Origin: Myxococcales bacterium
GTDB taxonomy: Bacteria > Myxococcota_A > Polyangia > Polyangiales > DASUME01
Reading direction: 5' to 3'
DNA: 64,000 nt
Assembly: GCA_047601445.1 (NCBI GenBank)
Contig: JASGJH010000001.1
Location: 9,024,001-9,088,000, forward strand
The stretch's first letter is position 1. Every line of letters begins with the position of its first letter. The notes under the pieces were generated by a model, which saw nothing but the letters and a program-made list of their open reading frames with translations, did not search any database and was not told where the DNA came from. The translations under genes were made by a program, and so were the position numbers. Below, in pieces: positions 8,966-20,706 of this stretch.

Positions 8966-10427
8966 CAAGAACTCGCCGTGCGAAGGTCGTCGATGTGCTT
9001 CTTCACCGTACGCCGATCGAGCCCGGTGATGCGCGCCACCTCGACGTAGCTGTGATGCCGCTCGTAAAGCGCGCTGCAGTAGTGGCCCAACAGACGCTCC
9101 GCGCTCCAGTCCAGCATGGCCAGTTCCGCTCCGAAGTCACGGCCGCGAGCGGCTTCTGGGCCACAGCGTCCAGTCAAAAGCACCCGTCGCACACACTGCT
9201 CGAGTTCTCTCACGTTGCCCGGAAACGGATAGCTCGGCCCGAGGTCGCGCTCGATGGCGGTGCGCACTTCGTCGGCCAACGTGGCGTTACCCTCGCCCAC
9301 GATGCGCGTACACAGGTGGGTCACGAGCAGAGAGAGCTCGGCGGGATCTCTGCCAGCCGCGTACGCAGGCTGGGTAGCGTGATGGTATGTGTGCTCAGGC
9401 GGAAGAAGAAGTCGTCGCGCATGCGCCCTTCGGCGCGCAATTCCGGCAGAGAGCGGTGCGTCGCCGCCACGATGCGCCCGGCGAACCGTCGCACTTCGCG
9501 CCCGCCCACCGGGAAGTAGGTGCGCTCCTGCAGCACGCGCAATAGCTTCACCTGTACGGGCAAGCTCACTTCGCCGATCTCGTCCAGGAACAACGTGCCG
9601 TGTTCACGTGTGCGCGCGAGCACGCCCTCGTGGTTCTCGATGGCGCCGGTAAAGGCGCCTTTCCTGTGGCCGAAGAGCTCGGACTCGAGCAGCGTCTCCG
9701 GAAACTCGCTCAGGTGAATCGGCACATAGAGCTCTCCGTGGGAGCTCGCGAAGCGCTCGCGCTTCTCTTCGAAGGGAATGAACCCCGAGCGCCCGATGGC
9801 CTGCGCCGCCTCACCTTTGCCGCTCCCGGTTTCACCGATGAGCAAGGTCGCGAAGTCCTCCATGCGACTCCACAAGAAGCGCTCGTAGCGCCGGATGTCC
9901 TGGGTGAACAAGGTGTTCCAGAGCTCTTCCCGCAGCGCGCGCATGCTGGCCCCACCGCCGATCAGTCGCGTCGCCACCGCCGAGTGGGCACGTCGCATCT
10001 GATAGAAGAGCTCGATGGCCCGCACGGCCTCCTGCGCGCCAAAGCCGCGCGCGGCCAGGAACTGCAGCAGATCACGCGCGAACGGTACGCTTGCCGAGTC
10101 CACTTCGCGTCGCGCTTCGCGCATGATCAGCGTGTCGAAGGCCGGGGAGAATCGATGGAAGGCGTCGAAGAGCACGGCCGCGAACAACAGCTCTCGGTCG
10201 GCCTCGCAGTATTGGTCTAGCGACGCGGGCTTGCCGGCCTTGGAGCCCAACGACGCGAGCCTGGCCTGCACCTGGTTGGCTGCCTGCGCGACCACGTCGG
10301 GGTCGCGCGGTGACGTGTCGGCGATGGCACCGTCGAGGCGGTCTCGTTCTTGACCGAACGGGTTGGCGTAGGCAGCGCGTGACACCAACGAGAAGAAGGC
10401 CCGATCGGCGCCGTCGAGGCTTCTCAT
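8965..10427 (-). CDS. Sigma-54-dependent enhancer-binding protein (AAA+ and HTH); one-base frameshift near 9348, probably a sequencing error
   Basis: GETGSGKG, ESELFGHRKGAFTGA, LFLDEIGE, RDDFFFRL in one frame; YPFPGNVREL and HTH (VARITGLDRRTV) in the -1 frame; ATGA and TGATG overlaps with neighbours. Confidence 0.88.
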
Positions 10428-12319
10428 GTCGAGAGCTCGGCCTCGTGTTTGAGCATGCTGCGCACTTGCTCCTCGAGGAGCTTGGCCGAAGCGTGCTCGG
10501 GCGCGATGGGCTTGCCGATGCTCAGCGTGATGCGTGCCCGGAAGCGGCGCGGCAGCTTGCGGAACGCCGGTCCATCCTTGCGGCTGAAGATGCTGCCCCA
10601 CAGGCCTTCCACGGCCATCGGCACCACCGGCACGGGCGTCTCGCGAAGAATGCGCTCGATGCCCGCCTTGAACGGGTTCATCTCGCCAGTCTTGGTGATC
10701 TTGCCCTCGGGGAAGATGCACACCACCTCGCCCGCGCGCAGCTCCTCGGCGATCTTGGCGAAGGCCCGCTCCATCAGCGCCTTGTCCTCGTGCTCTGGCG
10801 CAATGGGGATGGTCTTGCCGTGCCGAAACAGGATCGAGGCCCCAGGGGTCTTGGCGATGCGGTGGTCCATCACGAAGCGCGCCGGCCGTCGCACGGAGCC
10901 TGCCACGATGATGGAATCGTTGAACGCCACGTGGTTGCACACCAGTACCACTGGGCCCGTCTCCGGGATGTTCTCGTGTCCGATCACCTGCAGCCGGTAG
11001 AACAGGCGGCCCAGGATCCAGGCCACGAAGCGGATCAAGAACTCCGGCAACAGCGAGTAGATGTAGGTCGCACTCAGCAGCGAGCAGATGGCGAGCACCA
11101 AGAACACCTTCGGCACCGAGAAGTGCAGGGCGTCGAGTCCCGCCAGCATCGCAGCGCCGATCACCATGAAGAGCGCGTTCAGGATGTTGTTGCCGGCGAC
11201 CACGCGGGAGCGCTCGCTGGCCTCCGAGCGCTGCTGAATCAGCGTGTACAGAGGAACCGTGAAGAAGCCGCCGAACATGGCCATGCCGAACAGGTCGCCC
11301 AGGATGCGGTAGGCGTGCTCGGTCTCCAAAAAGGCCCAGATGTCGAGGGGCACGCTGGGGACCACACTGGGCGCACCCACGAAGTACAGGTCCAGCGTGC
11401 ACAGCGTCATGCCGACGGATCCGAAGGGAACCAGGCCGAGCTCCAGGTACTTACCCGAGATGCGCTCGGTGAGCAGCGAGCCCAACGCAATACCCACGCA
11501 GAACACGCTCAAGAACAGCGTGACCACGTTCTCGTGGGCGTGCAGCGTGTCGCGGGCATACACCGGGAGCAGCGAGAGCAGCACTGCGCCGAAGAACCAG
11601 AACCACGAGATGCCCAGCACCGAGAGGAACACCGCCCGCGTGCGCTTGACGATGCCCAGGATCTCGAAGGTGGGCGTGAAGGGGTTCGCGTGTATCCGCA
11701 CGGCAGGGGCGCCGCTCGGCAGGCGCATCATGCGGAAGCTCATCAAGAGTCCCAGCACGGCCACCGCCATGATCGCGATGGCGACGCCGCTTGGACCCCA
11801 GGGCTCGACCAGCACCAGCATGCCGCCGCCGATGGTGCCGCCCAGGATGGCGAGGAAGGTGCCCATCTCCACCAGCGCGTTGCCTTCCACGAGCTCATCG
11901 CTCGCGAGCAGCTGCGGCAAGATGCTGTACTTCACCGGCCCCAAGAACGCCGAGTGCACGCCCATCAGGAACAGCGCCGCCAGCATCGGCCAGAGCGCTC
12001 CGCTCACGAAACCCAGGGCCGCGAGGGCCAGGATGGCGACTTCGGCCATCTTCACGCCGCGTACGATCAAGGTCTTCTCGTAGCGGTCGGCGAGCTGCCC
12101 GGCCGTGGCCGAGAGCACGAAGAAAGGGGCGATGAAGATGCCTGAGCAGATGCTGATCATCTGGGCGGGCGACAGACCGAGCACGCTGGCCTGGTGCGCG
12201 CTGATCCAGAGCACCAAGGCGTTCTTGAAGAAGTTGTCGTTGAAGGCCGACAGCAGCTGCGTGCCGAAGAAGGCCGGAAAGCCCGGGCGGGCAAACGGCG
12301 AGCGAGCGTGAGATTGCAT
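10424..12319 (-). CDS. MFS transporter fused to a PlsC-type acyltransferase (LplT/Aas-like)
   Basis: QLLSAFNDNFFK, GQLADRYEK, GPVKYSILP, then NHVAFND (HxxxxD) and IFPEG. Confidence 0.92.
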   Translation of the reverse strand: MQSHARSPFARPGFPAFFGTQLLSAFNDNFFKNALVLWISAHQASVLGLSPAQMISICSGIFIAPFFVLSATAGQLADRYEKTLIVRGVKMAEVAILALAALGFVSGALWPMLAALFLMGVHSAFLGPVKYSILPQLLASDELVEGNALVEMGTFLAILGGTIGGGMLVLVEPWGPSGVAIAIMAVAVLGLLMSFRMMRLPSGAPAVRIHANPFTPTFEILGIVKRTRAVFLSVLGISWFWFFGAVLLSLLPVYARDTLHAHENVVTLFLSVFCVGIALGSLLTERISGKYLELGLVPFGSVGMTLCTLDLYFVGAPSVVPSVPLDIWAFLETEHAYRILGDLFGMAMFGGFFTVPLYTLIQQRSEASERSRVVAGNNILNALFMVIGAAMLAGLDALHFSVPKVFLVLAICSLLSATYIYSLLPEFLIRFVAWILGRLFYRLQVIGHENIPETGPVVLVCNHVAFNDSIIVAGSVRRPARFVMDHRIAKTPGASILFRHGKTIPIAPEHEDKALMERAFAKIAEELRAGEVVCIFPEGKITKTGEMNPFKAGIERILRETPVPVVPMAVEGLWGSIFSRKDGPAFRKLPRRFRARITLSIGKPIAPEHASAKLLEEQVRSMLKHEAELST

Positions 12320-12331
12320 GGACGGCCCTAG

Positions 12332-12347
12332 AGCGAGTGGTGTGCCA
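12332..12347 (-). promoter_or_regulatory. Sigma-54 -24/-12 promoter
   Basis: Minus strand TGGCACACCACTCGCT = GG-N10-GC, one mismatch to TGGCAC-N5-TTGC, just upstream of ATG 12319. Confidence 0.7.
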
Positions 12348-12387
12348 GAGAGAAAACCGAATGATTCCAAGAGTATGGTTTTCTGTC

Positions 12388-12427
12388 GTGTACACTGGGT
12401 GTGCAGGCGTGTTCACGCCGTGTACGC
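12388..12427. promoter_or_regulatory. Four helically phased GTGTNCAC-like sites (putative upstream activator sequences)
   Basis: GTGTACAC 12388, GTGTGCAG 12399, GTGTTCAC 12409, GTGTACGC 12420; spacing 11/10/11 bp. Confidence 0.6.
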
Positions 12428-12561
12428 ATTCTACGCCAGGTCGCCCGCCCCAATTCCACTGACTTCTCGTGCCCTTCCCATCGCCCGCCCGAGTGGCGAG
12501 CGCGAGAAGCCGCGTTCCTGCGGCCCGGGAGCCCGCAGGCGAGAGGACGAGGACCGGTTCG

Positions 12562-14167
12562 CTAGAACCTGGGGTCCTGGGTCTCGTTCTCGGCGTACGG
12601 CAGCACCGGCCCGCGTCGACGGTCGCGCACGCGCACGAGGCCGTTCAAGACGCCCACATAGGCGGTGCCGTCGGGGGCCAGCGAGATGGCGGCCCAGTTG
12701 TTGTCGTAGCGAACTCCCGTGCCCGTGAGGACGCGATAGGCGGTGCGACCGCTCTCGAAGTCGATGGCCGTGAAGTAGTAGGCGTCGGTGCCCTCGGGAG
12801 CATTGGGCAGCTTGGTGTAAACGTAGATGAGGCCGTTGGCCGTGGAGAGCTTGGGCACCGCCGTTTGAGAGATTCTCGTTGCTCTCCCAGATGGTGTCGC
12901 AGCCACTCTCGTCGGCGCGCACGTCCACGCGCGCGATGCCAGGCGCGCTGGTCTTGCCCTTGCGCATCGTGCGGAAGATGTCGTAGCCCGCGTTGTTTTC
13001 CACGATGAGCGAGCGTCCGTAGCCGATCAACGTGTTCTCGGTGGCGCTCTGTCCAGGCTCGAAGACTGGGGTTCTGCATACGAGGCGTTGGTCCGCGCCT
13101 TGGTCCGCCAAGCCTTTGCGTCGGTAGACCATCACGTTCATGCGCGGCTCGGCGTTATCGGTGATGGCCACGTAGTCGTCGCCAAGCAGGGTAGGCGTGG
13201 TGCCCGATCCGCGGTTGATCTGTCCCACCTTCACGCGCGTGCCGCGGTCATAGGGCTCGCGCCAAACCTGGGTGGGCGGCTCGTCGGCACTCGCGAGGCC
13301 GAAGTGGTAGAGGGCGTGGTCCGAGACCACGTAGGCACCCTCCGGCGCGATGCTGAAGGAGTTCTCGATCTCCTCGCCGATGAGGTGGTTCACGTGCACG
13401 GCGCGCTTCTTGTTGACGATGCCCACCGTCCCGTAGCGACCCACGAACCAGTAGTTGCCCTCGTAGTCGGGCAGCACCGCCGTAATCTTGTCGAGCTGGC
13501 CGTTGGGCCGCAGCAAGTGATTGCCCAGCGCGATGCGCTCCTGGCGCTTGAGGCGCGGACCCGCCGGCGTGTCTTCGATGCCGATGATCTCGATGGCGCC
13601 GTCGGCCGTGCCGATGACCGCGCGGTCCAGGTTGTCGAGGTAGAAGTAGGCCCCGCCGGACGTGTCCTGCATCGCCTTCCGCATCCGCAGCAGCGGCGCG
13701 TTGCGGCGGGGCAGGGCCTGGCGGTCGATGACCTCGAGGGTTTCGGGATCGAGCAGCACCAGCGACGGACGTCGGTCACGCACGCACACGGTGACGATGC
13801 GGCCCTTGGAGTCGAAGTTCACGGTGGGGCACTCCCCACCCAGGAAACCCATCGCCCGCGACGACACCTCGGGCCGATGTCCGAGCGGGCCCGACCAGGG
13901 ATAGGTGTTCGTGGTGAACGAGTCGGCGTGCATGCAGCTCGCGCCGTGCTTGGCCATGAAAGGGTGGGGAGGCACATCTGTCGCCGCCATGGGACGCGGC
14001 GCATGCGGCGCTCCGTGACTCGCGGGCACCAGGCTCTCCGCCTTCGCCGAGCGGCGAATCGAACGCGCATCGGAGCCTTCACGCATGTGTCCGCAACCCA
14101 GGAGGGTCAAGCAGGCGAGGCCGGCCGAAAGCCGCCACGATCTCCTATTCCTGCTGCGGTTCCCCAT
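12562..14167 (-). CDS. Uncharacterised lipoprotein, probable beta-propeller; one-base frameshift near 12873
   Basis: Lipobox LTLLGC; beta-rich repeats (GGAYFYLDN, GSGTTPTLL, VAITDNA); C-terminus ISQTAVPKLSTANGLIYVYTK continues in the shifted frame to stop 12562. Confidence 0.75.
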
Positions 14168-14225
14168 GTCCAAATCAGATCCTCTACAGGCTTTGCCAGC
14201 CGGGCACAACGCTGTTCTCGGGCGC

Positions 14226-16463
14226 TTAGTTTGTTTCCAACGTGTTGGCAGGCGGCGGCGTGCTCGCCCTCGAGACCCGTGGTTCGGTTTCGAGGAAACC
14301 TCGTAGCATCCGGCGCAGCTCGAAGGGCGAAGAGACACGTAATTTCGCGGCCGAGACGCCCGGGCCCACCCGCACACTAATGCTGCTCTCGGGCAGGGCG
14401 GCGAACAGGTCCTCGTCCGTGCGGTCATCTCCGGCGGCAAACACCAGGCTCCCCGATGGTGCCTCCCGAACCACGCGGGCCGTCACCACGCCCTTGTGCA
14501 CGCCGCGAACGCGCACCTCCACGACCTTGTGCCCCTCGAGGATCTCGGCGTTGGGGCCCAGCGCGATGGTGAGCTCGGCGCGCAGCGAACGTAAGCGCGC
14601 TTCCGCGAGATGGGGATCGACACGTCTGTAGTGAAACGCCACCGAAGCTGCTTTCTGCTCCACGAATGTTCCCGGCGTACGAAGCGAATGTTTCTTCATG
14701 ACGTCGTAGATCTGTTTCAGGAACTCCGGCGGACTCTCGAGCACCTGGGTCCAGCGGCCCGCGGGGTCGCGGCTCCAGAAGCCGTGCTCGATGTGCAGCG
14801 AGATTGGTGAGTTACCCAGCCAGGGTTCGAGTGAGGCGCGCGAGCGTCCCGAAACCACGTGCACCTCGGTGTTGGGCGAGATGGCCAGGCGCCGCAGCAG
14901 GTCGAGCAGCGCTTCGTCCGGTACGGCCAGGTCCGGTAGGGCTTGCAGCGGCACCAGCGTCCCGTCGTAATCGAGCAGGAAAATTCGATAGGGCGCCTGC
15001 CGCACGCGGGTGAGTGCCTGTTCGAGCTCGGCGGGTTGCGACACGGCGGGCACGGTGGGCGGTGCGGGTTCGGTGTGAATCAGGTCGTCCATGAAGGCGA
15101 GTGCCCACGAATGGACCGGATTGGCCTTCACGGAGGCCCGCAGCTTGCGCATGCGGACGGCCTGCTCGGCCTTGGGCATCAGCATGGCTTGGCGGATGGC
15201 CAAGGCTGTGGCCGCGATATCGTAGGGGTTCACGATAAGCGCGGCATCGAGCTCGGAAGCCGCTCCCGCGAACTCGCTCAGGATCAACACGCCCTCGTCG
15301 TCGGTGCGCGCGGCCACGTATTCCTTGGCCACCAGGTTCATGCCGTCGCGTAGGGGGGTGACCAGCATGACGTCGGCGGCGCGGTACAGGGCGAGCAGCT
15401 CGTCGGCGTCCACGCTGCGGTAGAGCAGCTGCACAGGGCTGCCCGTCGGCGAGCCGTAGTTGGAGTTGATGCGACCCACCAGCTCGTTCACGTTGCGACG
15501 CAGGTCGGCGTAGGCTTCGACCTTCTCACGCGTGGGCACGGCGAGCTGGATGAAATGCACATTGCTGCGCAGCTGGGGCTCGCGCTCGAGCAGGCGATCC
15601 ACCGCGAGCAATCGGCGCTGGATGCCCTTCGTGTAGTCGAGCCGGTCGACCCCGAGCAGCGTGACCTTGCCCTGGGTCCCGCGTCGCAGCTGCGCCACCT
15701 GGGCGTCCACGGCCTCCGAGCTGCGCTCGAAGGTCTCCACCTCGATGCTGATCGGGTAGACGCCGATGCGCACCGTCCGGTCGTCCCAGTTCAAGCTGTC
15801 CACGCCGATGTCCAGGCCGAGCACCTTGGCGGCCGAATGGATGAAGTTGTGGCGGTAGCTCTCGGTGTGGAAGCCGATCAGGTCGGCGCCGAGCAGGCCC
15901 TGCAGGAGCTGCTCGCGCAGAGGCAAGATCCGGAACACGTCCGACGAGGGCCACGGTACGTGAAGAAAGAAGCCGATACGGGCCTTCGGCACCATGCGAC
16001 GCAGGAGTCCGGGCACCAACATCAGCTGGTAGTCGTGGATCCACACCATGTCGTCAGGGCGCAGCTCGGCGGCGATGGCGTTGGCAAAGCGCTCGTTGAC
16101 CGTCTTGTAGGCACGCCACTCGTTGACGGCGTCGAGCCGTACCTTGTCGAGCAGGTAGTGAAACAGCGGCCACAGCACGGCGTTCGAGAAGCCGTCGTAA
16201 TAGAGCGAGACCTCGCTCGGGCTCAGCGGCACGTGCACCAGTCGCAGTGCCTCGAGTTCACGCGACAGCTGCTCGCGTGAGCGATCCGAAAGGCGCGAGG
16301 TGTCACCGACCCAGCCGATCCAACGTCCTTCACCCTGTGCGTGAACCTCGCGCAGCGCCGTGGCCAGTCCACCCGAAGACGGTGTCAGCGAGTAACCGGT
16401 GGGCGTCTGCGTGAGCGACACGGGTAGGCGGTTCGAAACCAGCAGCGTTCTCGGGTGACCCAT
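14226..16463 (-). CDS. otsA: Bifunctional trehalose-6-phosphate synthase/phosphatase (OtsA-OtsB fusion)
   Basis: [41 protein letters not shown], then HAD motifs LLDYDGTL and [15 protein letters not shown]. Confidence 0.96.
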   Translation of the reverse strand: MGHPRTLLVSNRLPVSLTQTPTGYSLTPSSGGLATALREVHAQGEGRWIGWVGDTSRLSDRSREQLSRELEALRLVHVPLSPSEVSLYYDGFSNAVLWPLFHYLLDKVRLDAVNEWRAYKTVNERFANAIAAELRPDDMVWIHDYQLMLVPGLLRRMVPKARIGFFLHVPWPSSDVFRILPLREQLLQGLLGADLIGFHTESYRHNFIHSAAKVLGLDIGVDSLNWDDRTVRIGVYPISIEVETFERSSEAVDAQVAQLRRGTQGKVTLLGVDRLDYTKGIQRRLLAVDRLLEREPQLRSNVHFIQLAVPTREKVEAYADLRRNVNELVGRINSNYGSPTGSPVQLLYRSVDADELLALYRAADVMLVTPLRDGMNLVAKEYVAARTDDEGVLILSEFAGAASELDAALIVNPYDIAATALAIRQAMLMPKAEQAVRMRKLRASVKANPVHSWALAFMDDLIHTEPAPPTVPAVSQPAELEQALTRVRQAPYRIFLLDYDGTLVPLQALPDLAVPDEALLDLLRRLAISPNTEVHVVSGRSRASLEPWLGNSPISLHIEHGFWSRDPAGRWTQVLESPPEFLKQIYDVMKKHSLRTPGTFVEQKAASVAFHYRRVDPHLAEARLRSLRAELTIALGPNAEILEGHKVVEVRVRGVHKGVVTARVVREAPSGSLVFAAGDDRTDEDLFAALPESSISVRVGPGVSAAKLRVSSPFELRRMLRGFLETEPRVSRASTPPPANTLETN

Positions 16464-16799
16464 TCATCCTCCCGTCTGGAATCCGCATTCCCGTGCGAAA
16501 CAGCGGGGACGGGAGGCGCAACCAGAGTCCGATTTTCCCCAACGTGACGGCAGTTGGACTGCACGACGTATGCCTGTCGAGCGTCCCAGGCCGGCAGCTC
16601 CTCCCGGGTGTTGTCCGGGCCGCTGTTTCAAGGGCTTTTGCGTCGCGCTCCTGTGCGACCGGGGGCTGTTCGGTCCTGTCTTCGGGACGGCTTGCCTCCG
16701 CCAGCGCCGAGGCGAATTGCCCCGCGTGTGGCAAAGCGTTTCAAAGCCGCCGAGCGGTCGCCGTTCTCGGGACAGCACCTTGTGCTAACAAACCGCCCC

Positions 16800-18074
<1,275 letters not shown>

Positions 18075-18081
18075 CGACGCG

Positions 18082-18645
18082 TCAGGTGCGGGCCGTGCCG
18101 CGGGTCATCACGATCTTGCCGGACCGCACGACCTCTTGCACGTCGTAGGTCGAGAGCAGGTTCATCATGCTGTCGAGCTTCTTGCTCTCGCCGTACACGC
18201 GCAGCATCACGGTCTCCGTGCCGTAGTCGACGACCTTGGCCTTGAAGTGCTCGGCCACCTGCAGCATGTCGGTGCGGTTGTCGAGTGGCACGGCCACCTT
18301 GATCAGTGCGACCTCGGTCTCCACCAGCTCCTGATCGGTGTGGTCCTCGGCGCGGACCACGTCGACCAGCTTGGCGAGCTGCTTGATGATCTGCTCGAAG
18401 ACCTCCTCGTCCCCGGAGCAAGTGATGGTCATGCGCGCGAAGCCCTTCTCGGGGGTCGGGCTCACGACCAAGCTCTCGATGTTGTAGCCTCGGCGTGAGA
18501 ACACCAGGGCCACGCGCACGAGCACGCCAGGCTTGTTGTTCACGAACAGCGAGATGGTGTGCACGCCGCTGCTATCGTCTTGCTTCGCGCGCGGGAGGAT
18601 CGAGTTGCGCGCCTCGACGCCGTTCGAGGTTCCGTTGCTTGCCAT
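18082..18645 (-). CDS. ilvN: Acetolactate synthase small (regulatory) subunit
   Basis: HTISLFVNNKPGVLVRVALVFSRRGYNIESL ACT domain; directly follows ilvB. Confidence 0.96.
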   Translation of the reverse strand: MASNGTSNGVEARNSILPRAKQDDSSGVHTISLFVNNKPGVLVRVALVFSRRGYNIESLVVSPTPEKGFARMTITCSGDEEVFEQIIKQLAKLVDVVRAEDHTDQELVETEVALIKVAVPLDNRTDMLQVAEHFKAKVVDYGTETVMLRVYGESKKLDSMMNLLSTYDVQEVVRSGKIVMTRGTART

Positions 18646-18649
18646 GACT

Positions 18650-20434
18650 TCAGGTGCTCCCCGTGGGCTTCTCGAGCTTGGTCTTGGGACGTTCGATGAT
18701 CATGTTCTTGAGCGGTGCACCGGCAGGGATCATGGGGAAGACGTTGTCCTCCTTGACCACTTCGGCCTCCACGACGCAGGGGCCGTCGTTGTACTCGTGG
18801 GCCTTCTTGAGCACGCGATCCACGTCGGAGGCGCGCTTGATGCGGAATGCCTTCACGCCGTAGGCCTCGGCGAGCTTCACGAAGTCGGGGTTGCCCTCGA
18901 GATCCACGCCGCTCAGGCGGTTGTCGAAGAACAACTCCTGCCACTGGCGCACCATGCCCAGGTAGTTGTTGTTGATGATCAGCACCTTGACCGGCAGCTT
19001 GTGCACGAAGGCCGTGGCCAGCTCGCACAGGGTCATTTGGAAGCCGCCGTCGCCGACCACCGCCCAGACTTCCTTGTCGGGGCACGCGAACTGTGCGCCG
19101 ATCGCGGCCGGGAAGCCGAAGCCCATGGTGCCGGCGCCGCCCGAGCTCAGCCAGTGTCGGTTCTTGCGCGTGCGGCAGAACTGGGCCGCCCACATCTGAT
19201 GCTGCCCCACGTCCGTGGTGATGATGGCCTCGCCCTTGGTGATGGCGTCCAGCCGATCGAGCACGTGCTGAGCCTTGAGTCCGCCCTGCTTGTTGTATTT
19301 CAGCGGGTATTGCTTGCGCCACTTGTCGCACTGGGCGATCCACTCGTCGCTCTCGCAGCGCTCCACGTAGGGGATCAGGTCCTCCACTACGCGTCGCGCG
19401 TCGCCGTTCAAACTCACGTCGGGCCGAATCACCTTGTTGAACTCGGCGGGGTCGATGTCGACGTGGATCTTCATCGCGTCCGGGCAGAACTCGTCGACCT
19501 TGCCGGTGATGCGATCGTCCCAGCGCGCGCCGATGGCCATGATGAGATCGCAGCCGATCACCGCCTTGTTCGCGTAGGCCGTGCCGTGCATGCCCAGCAT
19601 GCCGAGGTGCAGGTTGTGGCGCTCGTCCACGGCGCCCTTGCCGAGCAGTGTGTTCACGAGGGGCGCGTTGAGCTTCTCGGCCAAGCGCATGATGGCGGGC
19701 CCCGCGTCGCTGATCACCGAGCCGTGCCCGACGTACAGCAGGGGACGGCGCGCGCGGCGCAGCAGCTTGGCCGCGCTCTCCAGGAGCTCGGGGCGCGCAG
19801 CGCCGGGGATCTCGTAGCCGGGCAGCTCGACCTCATCCACGAACGGCGCGTCGCAGGGGCCGCTGGTGACGTCCTTGGGCAGGTCAATCAGGACCGGTCC
19901 GGGGCGGCCGGTGCGCGCGATATAGAAGGCCTCGCGCAGCACGCGCGGGATGTCCGCCGCGTCTTTGACGAGGTAGCTGTGCTTCACCACGGGGTAGGTG
20001 ATGCCGGTGACGTCGGCTTCCTGGAAGGCGTCCTTGCCCAGGCTCGCGCGGATGGTCTGGCCGGTCAGCACGATCATCGGCACGGAGTCCATCTGGGCCG
20101 TGAGCAGACCGGTGACGGTGTTGGTGGCGCCGGGACCGGAGGTCACGAGGACGACGCCGGGCTTACCCGTGGCGCGCGCGTAACCATCGGCCATGTGCGT
20201 GGCGCCCTGCTCGTGGCGAACCAGGATCAACTTGATCTGCGAGTCCACCAGCGCATCGAAGATCGGGATCGCCGCGCCGCCCGAGAGGCCGAATACGTAC
20301 TCCACTCCCTCGCGCTCGAGGCACTGGATGAGCTTCTCCGCGCCGCTCACCGCCTTCTCCTGGTCGCGGGCGGGGGCACTTGTCTTGTTGTCTTGCTTGC
20401 GCCCGGGAGCGCGGGCTTCGACTTCGGGTTTCAT
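18650..20434 (-). CDS. ilvB: Acetolactate synthase large subunit, biosynthetic type
   Basis: RHEQGATHMADGYAR, TSGPGATN, DAFQEAD, GRPGPVLIDLPKD, DVGQHQMW, GDGGFQM..NNYLGMVRQWQ. Confidence 0.97.
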   Translation of the reverse strand: MKPEVEARAPGRKQDNKTSAPARDQEKAVSGAEKLIQCLEREGVEYVFGLSGGAAIPIFDALVDSQIKLILVRHEQGATHMADGYARATGKPGVVLVTSGPGATNTVTGLLTAQMDSVPMIVLTGQTIRASLGKDAFQEADVTGITYPVVKHSYLVKDAADIPRVLREAFYIARTGRPGPVLIDLPKDVTSGPCDAPFVDEVELPGYEIPGAARPELLESAAKLLRRARRPLLYVGHGSVISDAGPAIMRLAEKLNAPLVNTLLGKGAVDERHNLHLGMLGMHGTAYANKAVIGCDLIMAIGARWDDRITGKVDEFCPDAMKIHVDIDPAEFNKVIRPDVSLNGDARRVVEDLIPYVERCESDEWIAQCDKWRKQYPLKYNKQGGLKAQHVLDRLDAITKGEAIITTDVGQHQMWAAQFCRTRKNRHWLSSGGAGTMGFGFPAAIGAQFACPDKEVWAVVGDGGFQMTLCELATAFVHKLPVKVLIINNNYLGMVRQWQELFFDNRLSGVDLEGNPDFVKLAEAYGVKAFRIKRASDVDRVLKKAHEYNDGPCVVEAEVVKEDNVFPMIPAGAPLKNMIIERPKTKLEKPTGST

Positions 20435-20706
20435 GGGGCTCTCGACCTTTCGGGCACGACGATCTGGGGGCAGTCGCCGGAGGAGAGCCAAATGTGCCCA
20501 CTCGGAAGGGGCTAGGCCAGTGGTTTTCTCGGCTTGAGCCACCGAAAGGCAGGCTTGGAAGGCCCAAAGGAATGATGGTGGGGGCTGTAGACCTCAAAAA
20601 CTATCGCGACATGGCTCCGTTTTGAGGCTGGCGCCCCGAATGCGTCACTCCAAAGGCAACTTCGAGTCAGCTCGAGGACCGCCGGGCGGGGCCTGCCCCG
20701 CGTTGT

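Noticed and set aside
8965..10427. Calling the four frameshifted genes pseudogenes or programmed frameshifts
   Set aside because: Each has a single indel with both halves otherwise intact, no slippery heptamer, and a shared GATC context; a sequencing artefact is more parsimonious.
14226..16463. OtsA-OtsB fusion as a novelty
   Set aside because: Bifunctional TPS/TPP fusions are already described in bacteria and archaea.
20163..20597. ilvB attenuator leader peptide (MRSTAPTIIPLGL...)
   Set aside because: TTG start without SD, ORF runs 144 codons into ilvB, only weak Ile/Leu clustering, no terminator.
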